Shown: piece by piece, positions 1 through 8,200 of the stretch
How positions within the stretch are numbered: position 1 is the stretch's first letter
How the letters are laid out: every line of letters starts with the position of its first letter
From: a virus
Lineage: Duplodnaviria > Caudoviricetes
Length of the DNA: 64,000 nt
Strand: one strand, 5' to 3'
IMG/VR virus record: IMGVR_UViG_3300025840_004398
Notes under the pieces: model-generated
Databases searched by the model: none
Told to the model about the DNA's origin: nothing
The model's input: the letters and a program-made list of their open reading frames with translations, nothing else
Made by a program: the position numbers and the translations under genes

Positions 1-32
1 TTTGGAATAATGGAAAATTTTTCGTATATTTG
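1..32 (+). promoter_or_regulatory. Bacteroidota-type sigma70 promoter (-33 TTTG / -7 TAnnTTTG)
   Basis: TTTG at 1-4, 20-nt spacer, TATATTTG at 25-32. Matches the established Bacteroidetes housekeeping consensus TTTG-N19-21-TAnnTTTG. Confidence 0.7.
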
Positions 33-89
33 TATGTAACCCATTTTATAATAAAAAATATTTTATACTTTTATAAAATTTAAAAATAA

Positions 90-121
90 TTTGGATAATT
101 AAAATATTATTCGTATCTTTG
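90..121 (+). promoter_or_regulatory. Bacteroidota-type sigma70 promoter upstream of primase
   Basis: TTTG at 90-93, 20-nt spacer, TATCTTTG at 114-121. Shares TTCGTATnTTTGTAT with the copy at 21-35 and ends 20 nt before the ATG at 141. Confidence 0.75.
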
Positions 122-140
122 TATCAAGTAAAAAGTAACC

Positions 141-1082
141 ATGCTTGCACATCACGATAAACAACAAGTTATAAACATCTTAGATGATGTCTTAGGACCA
201 GGTACATCCATGAAAGGGGATGAACAAGCACATTACTGTCCTTTCTGTCATCATCACAAGAAAAAGTTACAGATAAACATACAGACACAAAAGTGGCACT
301 GTTGGGTTTGTGATTCCAAAGGAAAACGAATCCAAAGTTTACTTAGAAGATTGCACGTTGATTCTCATAAGTTAAAAAAGATATACGAGATTTACGGTGA
401 TGATTATGTTGTATATAGTAATAATACCGAAGATGAAAAGGTAGAGTTAAGGTTACCTAACGAGTTTCGTTCACTATTAGAAGAACCAAAGGGATTAAAC
501 CCAACGTTCAGAAAGGTGAAAGAGTATGCACGAAAGAGAGGTATTACTCAAGGGGATATCAAACGTTATAACATTGGTTATTGCGATTCTGGTCATTATG
601 CCAATCGTATTATTATTCCAAGTTATGATAACGATAATCGACTCAATTACTTCATCGCACGTTCTGTATTCGATGAGGAAAAATTTAAGTATAAGAATCC
701 GCCAGTTTCGAAAAACGTTATCATGTTCGAAAACCAAATAAACTGGCAAGAACCTATTACCTTAGTAGAGGGAGTATTTGATGCAATGGCTGTGAAGAGA
801 AATGCAATCCCTCTACTTGGTAAATTTATTCCAAAAACTTTAAACGATACTATATATAAAAAGGAAGTTAAAAGTATCAACATCTTACTTGATGAGGATG
901 CACAAGACCAAGCGTTATATTACACTATGCAATTCCAAAATCAAGGAATCACTACAAGAAACATAAAACCATCAGATAAAGATGCTGGTGAAATGGGATT
1001 CTCCCAAGTTAATACAATTCTAAAAGAATCAAAACAAACAGGATTCGGTGATATTATATCACAAAAATTAAAAGGGTTATGA
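141..1082 (+). CDS. DNA primase (zinc-binding domain + TOPRIM)
   Basis: Zn finger CPFCHH...WHCWVC, IIIP motif, TOPRIM LVEGVFDAMAV and acidic LLDEDA. Confidence 0.85.
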   Translation: MLAHHDKQQVINILDDVLGPGTSMKGDEQAHYCPFCHHHKKKLQINIQTQKWHCWVCDSKGKRIQSLLRRLHVDSHKLKKIYEIYGDDYVVYSNNTEDEKVELRLPNEFRSLLEEPKGLNPTFRKVKEYARKRGITQGDIKRYNIGYCDSGHYANRIIIPSYDNDNRLNYFIARSVFDEEKFKYKNPPVSKNVIMFENQINWQEPITLVEGVFDAMAVKRNAIPLLGKFIPKTLNDTIYKKEVKSINILLDEDAQDQALYYTMQFQNQGITTRNIKPSDKDAGEMGFSQVNTILKESKQTGFGDIISQKLKGL

Positions 1083-1861
1083 ATAGATTAGTTGCGTATG
1101 GTTGCTCTTGGACAGAGGGAGAGGGTGCTGATGTTTCGATTGAATCAACTTTATCTGCAAATGAAAAAAGAAAGTTTAGAAATGAACATTCTTGGCCAAA
1201 ACTTCTTGCAGATAAGTTAGAAATACCTTTGATTATAAATAAAGGTATTAGTGGTAATTCTAACAGAAAAATGTTTAATGATATTATAAAAGATGTTGAG
1301 TCTGGTAATATCACATCTTCTGATTTTGTGTGTATAATGTTTTCATCTTCTCTACGAGATTATGTTCCATTTTTACCAGATGGAGAATGGATTTCTTGGT
1401 CAGTTAAACATTTATTACAAACACCTGATAGATTTTATCATAGTTATGATGAACATGGTGTTTCTCGTTCTTTTAATGAATTCTTATCAAATTATAAAAA
1501 ATATTTTGTTACTAATTTATTTTCACAAAACTACTATAACATAGTAAATCAAAATTATATAATTTTTTTACAACAAATGTTTTCTCATTATAAGATAAAG
1601 TATATTATGTCAGAGGGATTAGAGTTGATGGTGGATGGTGTAAATAAATTAGATGATAAGACTCACTTAATAAATTATAAAAACTATTTTGGTAATGGAA
1701 ATTTAACTTTTAGAACATTTCTAAATACTTTAAAAAGAAATGATATTTGGGAAAAATTAGAAAATTACCAAGAAATAGCAACACAACATCCAAATAAAGA
1801 AGGATATAGAATTATATCAGATGAATTATATAAGTTCATCAACAAAAATAATATTTTATGA
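1079..1861 (+). CDS. SGNH/GDSL-hydrolase-like protein
   Basis: Block I AYGCSWTEG, block II NKGISGNSN, C-terminal QHPNKEGY; ATGA overlaps on both sides. Confidence 0.6.
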   Translation: MNRLVAYGCSWTEGEGADVSIESTLSANEKRKFRNEHSWPKLLADKLEIPLIINKGISGNSNRKMFNDIIKDVESGNITSSDFVCIMFSSSLRDYVPFLPDGEWISWSVKHLLQTPDRFYHSYDEHGVSRSFNEFLSNYKKYFVTNLFSQNYYNIVNQNYIIFLQQMFSHYKIKYIMSEGLELMVDGVNKLDDKTHLINYKNYFGNGNLTFRTFLNTLKRNDIWEKLENYQEIATQHPNKEGYRIISDELYKFINKNNIL

Positions 1862-4800
1862 TAATAAACAAGATTTACCATCTTGCAGATTTACACATTC
1901 GAAATCTCCAAAGGCACAAAGAATATAGACTAGTATTCAAAAAGTTCCTCAAACAAGTTAAAGAAGATAAGATAGAAGATTCTATCATTTATATAGCGGG
2001 TGATATTGCTCATGCTAAAACAGAGATGTCACCAGAACTCGTACAAGAAATCTCTTGGTTTCTAACTGAGTGCTCTAAACTTAGAGAAACTGTGTTAATC
2101 ACAGGTAATCACGATTGTAACTTAAATAACTCACACAGATTAGATGTTCTTACACCGATTATTGACAACCTTAAAAATGATAGGATTCATTATCTTAGAG
2201 ATACTGGCACTTATCATATTCATAACCTTACTTTTGTTGTCTACTCCATTCTTGATGACAAAGAAAACTGGCCCAAGGGAAATGATATAGAAGGAGAAAA
2301 CAAAATTGTTTTATTCCATGGACCAGTAAACAAAGCACAGACCGATATTGGTTATACCGTATCATCCAACTCATTCCAAGTGGATATGTTTGATGGATTT
2401 GATATGGCCCTTTTAGGAGATATACACAAACGACAAACTTTTGGTGAAGGTTATGAGTGGGTTGCCTATGCGGGTTCAATGATTCAACAGAATCATGGAG
2501 AACTACTCGAAAATCATGGTTACTTATTATGGGATGTACCCACTCGCACCTTTACTGAACACCATATCCATAATGATTATGGATTTCTAACAGTTGATGT
2601 TGTTGATGGTGAAATACCACAATGGGTATATGATGAAGTTGGTACTAAACTTCCAAAGTTCCCTAGATTAAGGTTAAGGTTTACTAATACTGAAGCAAGT
2701 GATATGAAACGATGTATCACCGAACTTAAAAAGTTATTTAAAGTTGCAGAAGTTACGGTTACAAGAACAGATACCATAGGTCAATTAAAAACCAACACTA
2801 AGGTAAACAAAAACATCGTTGGTGATGTTAAAGATGAAACATTCCAAAACTCTTTAATTAGAGATTACTTAGAACGTCAGTATCTATTGGATTCAGATGA
2901 ATTGGATAAGATTGCAGAAATCAATAAAGAACTCAATACACAAATAGATACATCTGATATTGCTGGTAACATTTTATGGACACCCAAGACCTTTGAGTTC
3001 TCTAATATGTTTTCTTATGGTGAAGATAACCTAATCAGATTTGATAAAGCACAAGGAATCATGGGTATCTTTGCTCCCAATGCTTCAGGTAAATCCTCAA
3101 TGTGGGATGCACTCTCTTTCTGTATCTATGATAAAACTTCTCGTACTAATGTAGCAAAGAACGTTTTAAACAATCGTAAAGATAAGTTTTATTGTAAGTT
3201 TAATTTCGAGATAGATGGGGTAGATTATTTCATTGAAAGAACTGCTAAGTATGTTAGAAAGAAAACTGCAGTAAAGGTAGATGTAAACTTCTGGTCTGAA
3301 AGTGGTGGTATCATTACTTCACTCAATGGAGAACAAAGAAGAGATACAAACCAAAATATTGAAAAGTATTTAGGTAAGTTTGAAGATTTTGTTTTAACTG
3401 CACTATCTCTACAAGGAAACAATGCACTCTTTATTGATAAATCACAAAGTGAGAGAAAAGAGATACTCTCACAATTTATTGGAGTAGATATCTTTGATAA
3501 GTTGTATCAAAGAGCAAGTGATGAGAATAGGGATAATGCAACACTTATCAGAAAATTCAAGTCCGATGATTTTACGACAAAGTTAGCGGAAATCGACACA
3601 CAACTTAAAACCGACAAAAACGAATACAAACTTTTGGAGATGTCTCAAAAGGCTCTGAAAGAAGAAGATGATATCCTTAATAGACAGATTATTAAACTAA
3701 ACGAGAAAATCGTAAAGTTAAATGCGGATAGTGGTGTTTCGATAGATGAGTTAGAAAAAAGATTGAATAACCTCGAATCCAAAAAGGGAGAACTTGAAAC
3801 CACAAAACAATCTATACAAGAAAGAATCGAATATCGTGAGGAATTACAAATTACCCTTGATGAAATCCTTGACCAATTCGATGAAGAAGATTTAGAAGTT
3901 GGGATTAAAAATTTAAAAGATTCAAAAGATAGATTAAGAGATGTAGAATCAACGATAGATAAATTGCAAGTAAAGTTAGATTCTTTGTATGAAAGAAAAG
4001 AACATTTAGATTCTCACAAATATAATGAAGAATGTGATATCTGTATAGAAAACTCTCAAACAATATTAGAACAAAAAGAAAAGGTAGATTTTGATATAAA
4101 AGAATATGAATCTATATTACAAAAAGAAAATGAATCGAAATTACATTTTAATTTAGATATTGAAACTTTATCCAAATACGAAGAAGAATGGGAAAAATAT
4201 CAAGATGCTAAAGATAAAGAAGATAAACTCGATAGAGAGATTTCTCAACTTATTAACAAGTTATCAACAACAGAAACAGAAGAAATTCGTTTAGATACTC
4301 AAGTTACACAACAAAAACAACTAATTGATGAGTATTACAAGAACGAAGAACAAATAAAAACCAATAAAGAAATTCGAGAACAAATAACCGCAGTACGAGA
4401 AAAACAAAGTGGTGTTAAAGATGAATTAAAACGAATAAATTCAGATGTTCTAAAATTAAATGGTAAAGTATCTGCTCTTCAAAACCAAAAAGAAACAATA
4501 GAAGATAGAATCCAAGAAGTTAAGAATTTAGAAGAACAATCTAAGTTATTCGATTATTATCTAAACGCACTTGGTAAAGATGGTGTAAGTTACGAACTCA
4601 TCGAAAAATCACTACCAATGATTGAAGGTGAAGTAAATAACATCTTAGCACAAATCGTAGAGTTTGGAATGCAGTTAGAAATTGATGGTAAGAACATTAA
4701 TGCGTATTTAGTGTATGGAGACCAACGATGGAGTTTGGAAATGTGTAGTGGTATGGAGAGGTTTATTAGTGGTCTTGCAATCCGAGTTGCTTTAATCAAT

Positions 4801-5016
4801 GTATGTAATCTCCCCAGACCTAATTTCCTTGTGATAGATGAAGGTTTCGGTACTTTGGATAGTGAGAACCTACAATCCTTATTTATGTTGTTTACATACC
4901 TTAAAACTCAGTTTGATTTCGTAATGGTAATCTCACACATCGATTCGATGAGAGATGTTGTAGATGGTCTTATTGAAATTAAAAAAGTAAATGGATTTTC
5001 AAACGTTAAGTTCTAA
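1858..5016 (+). CDS. Fused Mre11/SbcD nuclease - Rad50/SbcC ATPase (T4 gp47-gp46-like)
   Basis: Phosphoesterase motifs ADLH, GDIAH, GNHD, FHG, GDIH. Then FSNMFSYG, Walker A APNASGKSS, coiled coil with CDIC zinc hook, signature CSGME, Walker B VIDEGFGTLD and SHID. Confidence 0.92.
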   Translation: MIINKIYHLADLHIRNLQRHKEYRLVFKKFLKQVKEDKIEDSIIYIAGDIAHAKTEMSPELVQEISWFLTECSKLRETVLITGNHDCNLNNSHRLDVLTPIIDNLKNDRIHYLRDTGTYHIHNLTFVVYSILDDKENWPKGNDIEGENKIVLFHGPVNKAQTDIGYTVSSNSFQVDMFDGFDMALLGDIHKRQTFGEGYEWVAYAGSMIQQNHGELLENHGYLLWDVPTRTFTEHHIHNDYGFLTVDVVDGEIPQWVYDEVGTKLPKFPRLRLRFTNTEASDMKRCITELKKLFKVAEVTVTRTDTIGQLKTNTKVNKNIVGDVKDETFQNSLIRDYLERQYLLDSDELDKIAEINKELNTQIDTSDIAGNILWTPKTFEFSNMFSYGEDNLIRFDKAQGIMGIFAPNASGKSSMWDALSFCIYDKTSRTNVAKNVLNNRKDKFYCKFNFEIDGVDYFIERTAKYVRKKTAVKVDVNFWSESGGIITSLNGEQRRDTNQNIEKYLGKFEDFVLTALSLQGNNALFIDKSQSERKEILSQFIGVDIFDKLYQRASDENRDNATLIRKFKSDDFTTKLAEIDTQLKTDKNEYKLLEMSQKALKEEDDILNRQIIKLNEKIVKLNADSGVSIDELEKRLNNLESKKGELETTKQSIQERIEYREELQITLDEILDQFDEEDLEVGIKNLKDSKDRLRDVESTIDKLQVKLDSLYERKEHLDSHKYNEECDICIENSQTILEQKEKVDFDIKEYESILQKENESKLHFNLDIETLSKYEEEWEKYQDAKDKEDKLDREISQLINKLSTTETEEIRLDTQVTQQKQLIDEYYKNEEQIKTNKEIREQITAVREKQSGVKDELKRINSDVLKLNGKVSALQNQKETIEDRIQEVKNLEEQSKLFDYYLNALGKDGVSYELIEKSLPMIEGEVNNILAQIVEFGMQLEIDGKNINAYLVYGDQRWSLEMCSGMERFISGLAIRVALINVCNLPRPNFLVIDEGFGTLDSENLQSLFMLFTYLKTQFDFVMVISHIDSMRDVVDGLIEIKKVNGFSNVKF

Positions 5017-5167
5017 CCTTTAATACATTATCAGGTTTAGGAGTACCTACCTTTTGTTTAATAAGAGTTTCAACCAACCCACTTAATTTATACCCATGTT
5101 CCTTGCAATAATCTTGTAAGAGTTCATGGGTTTCTTTTTTTATCTGAATTGTGGTATATTTTCTCAT
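5006..5167 (-). CDS. Ribbon-helix-helix (CopG/Arc/MetJ-like) DNA-binding protein, 53 aa
   Basis: Hand-translated: MRKYTTIQIKKETHELLQDYCKEHGYKLSGLVETLIKQKVGTPKPDNVLKVRT. Alternating beta-strand TTIQI, helix, G turn, helix SGLVETLI. Below the ORF-track cutoff; a TATTTATA motif lies upstream on the minus strand. Confidence 0.75.
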   Translation of the reverse strand: MRKYTTIQIKKETHELLQDYCKEHGYKLSGLVETLIKQKVGTPKPDNVLKVRT

Positions 5168-5193
5168 TCTATAACTTTCTATGTATTTCTATA

Positions 5194-5201
5194 TATAAAT
5201 A
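5194..5201 (-). promoter_or_regulatory. TATTTATA putative late-promoter motif for the RHH gene
   Basis: Plus strand reads TATAAATA (TATTTATA on minus), 26 nt upstream of the RHH ATG. Confidence 0.5.
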
Positions 5202-5223
5202 CTTTATAAGTTTTTTTTAAACA

Positions 5224-5231
5224 TATTTATA
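5224..5231 (+). promoter_or_regulatory. TATTTATA putative late-promoter motif
   Basis: Exact motif 20 nt before ATG 5252, followed by GGAG. The motif recurs before each structural block. Confidence 0.6.
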
Positions 5232-5251
5232 TAGGTAATTGGAGATAATTA

Positions 5252-8200
5252 ATGGCTATAATAAAATCTTTTGCTTCTTTTCAGAACTTATCAAACTATC
5301 AAGTATATGTTAATGATACAGAATCAAATTCTGAATATTTTAGAATTACCGAGTTTCAAGAAACGTTTACTGGTGGTAAAAATGGATTCTTAATTGAAGG
5401 TTCTGATTATTTAAAAGAAACAACAGAAGTTAAAATTGAAATATTAGATGTAGAGGGTAATCCTATATACTTCGAACCTGGTGATGGTATTCCTGAATAT
5501 TATGAAGGAAACTCTAAATTGGTTTCTGTTCATGTATATGATGATACTCCAATTGGTATTGGTAAAATTACTATTTTAGGAGAGCTTAAAGATTGGAACA
5601 ACAATGGACTTCGTTCACCAATACCTTCCGAATGGAGAGGTATATATAATGTCAAGTGGGAAAGACAATTTAATATTAATAAAAATCTTTCCAACGAAAC
5701 TATTGTAAGATTTTACAAAAGACCAATAGTTTCAATTACAGAATTGGTAAAACCAATTTTTTCAAAAACAATAGAAACTGTAACGGATAATTCGAGTACT
5801 GTTACAGGTGTTCCTCAAATTCCATCTCTTAATACTGATATATCTTCTTGGAGAGCTGGAACGAACTTTAAATTAATAAGAAGTAGTGGTTCTTGGGATA
5901 GAGATGTAGATGAAAATATAATAACAGTATCTTTGGATGATGGTACTACCTATACACCAAGAATTATTGAAGTTTTAAACGATAGAGAAGTTCTTGTAGA
6001 TGTTCCATATACTGAAGATTCGTTAGTCAAATCTTTTGTATCACAATCTTATTCTGTAACTTATACTGATTTTCAAAATGAAACTATTGGTGAAACATCA
6101 TTGACGGGTTCTTTTGCAAAAATAAACATGACTCAACTTAAAACATTCGTTGGAGATGTTGCAAGAGTAAAGGTGTTTAGAAAATCAAGAAATGCAGTAG
6201 GTGATTTTCAATTTGTACAGGAGTCTAAATTAGAATCAAGTGAATTACTTAGAGATGTAACTACAACGTCTAACACAGAATTGTCTTATGGTAGATTTGA
6301 TGAAACAAATTTATCTACATATTGGATATCATCATCTGCAGACCACCCAATATCAGTAGACTCATCAGTTTTATCTCAGGCGGTAAAAGTTGATTATAAT
6401 GATGATAGTGGAAGTGTACAAAAATTAATAACTTCTCAGTCTTTTGATATATCAAAAGATGTAGAATATACTCTTTCATTTAAAACTTTATTAAACGGAA
6501 CTCCCTCTACATCAAAAACTTTAAAGGCATATTTTAGTGGTTCGTTTTTAAATGGTGATGGTAATAATAGTTCCTTTACACAATCTTTTGTTGATATCGA
6601 GGGAACTTCAATATACAAAACAAGACAAAATATTTCTGAAAATTTATTGGCTGAACGAACCATTTCTGATGTAAAACTTGTATTTGAGTTTAAAGGAGAT
6701 GATTGGTATATTTCTAACGCTTCTTTAAAAAATGCACAAGATACATCTTTTTCACCTGATGAATTTACTTTAATACAAGATATACCAAGAAAAACTGCAT
6801 CTGAAACATTTGATTTTAGATTTGAGTTTTACGATATAAATAATAACTATATACCAGTCGATGTAACTGCGGTCGGTGTATTTGATGGTGGTAATGATTT
6901 CCCATCAAGTGGAAAATTACTAACCTTTGAATCGGATAGAAATGCGTTTAGATTCTCAAGTGGTTCTATTGCTAGTCCTATAAATCAAACTATTCAATTT
7001 AAAACAACACAAAATAATTTAACTGGTTCCATATTATTTACATCCCAAGCTTTTGACGTTGGTGGAAATTTAATTACATCTCAATCATATCATGATAGTG
7101 GTGCTTTAGTATATGGTTCAAATTGGACAGGTTCTTACCCTGGTTTATTAACCAATATAACATCAGCTGGTTCTTTGGTTACAATATCTAATTTTAGTGG
7201 TAGTTTAGATACTCAGAATGTTCCTTCTGAAAGTATAATTAGGGTAGGTTCTATTGTTTATACCGCTTCATTAGAAAATTTACAAGAGTTTGAAACGGTA
7301 TATCGTTTAGAAGATGGTGATAATGCACCTCAACTTATCGTAACTTCTAACGCAAACCAATTCATATATGAACCAACAACTCTTTCACCAAAACCAAGTG
7401 GACAAAGTATAACTGTAAGGGCACAAAGGAAAAACTTAGCTTCTTTGGTAACACCCCTCACTGTTAATAGTGGGAGTATTGCGCCTCTAACTTATGTGGA
7501 TACTGTAAATGGAATTGATACATATACCATTTCTGCATTACAATTTTCAGAATCATTTCACGCAAACTCATTTGATGAGGTAACTTATTCGTTTACTGGT
7601 TCTGATGTATTTGGTAATCAACAAACAGACGAGATTACACTTTCTAAGGTTATTAATTTTGATGGTGTGTCTATTGTTCTTTCAAATGAATCAACTGCCT
7701 TTCCCGCAAATTCAACGGGTGAAGTGGTTGGTGGATTTGATGCATCAAGTGGTTCGGTTCAAATGTATATTGGTGGAACTCAAATTCAACATGATGATGA
7801 AATTGGTGGAAGAACAAAAAATACATTTAATATAACATCATCAATTGGTACGAATGTAACACCAACAGATACTACACCAAATACTTCAGATTATTCTATT
7901 TCTGATTTTGAAACAACAAAAGATAGTGGTTCTTTATTACTTACTATTGATTATTTGGCCGGTGATAACTCAACAACTCAATCATTTCAAAAGGTTGTAT
8001 CTTATACAAAAGCCAAAAAAGCATCACCAACTGTTGCTGCTTTTCTTTCACCACAATCACAGACAATAGATTCTGGTTCTACTGTATCTCCTATAACACT
8101 AAGTGTTACTGAGGGAATATCTTCACTAACATCTGTTAATACAAATCCATCAAGTAATTCGTCATACTCGGCATCGATAGATAATTCAAATTGGAGTTGG

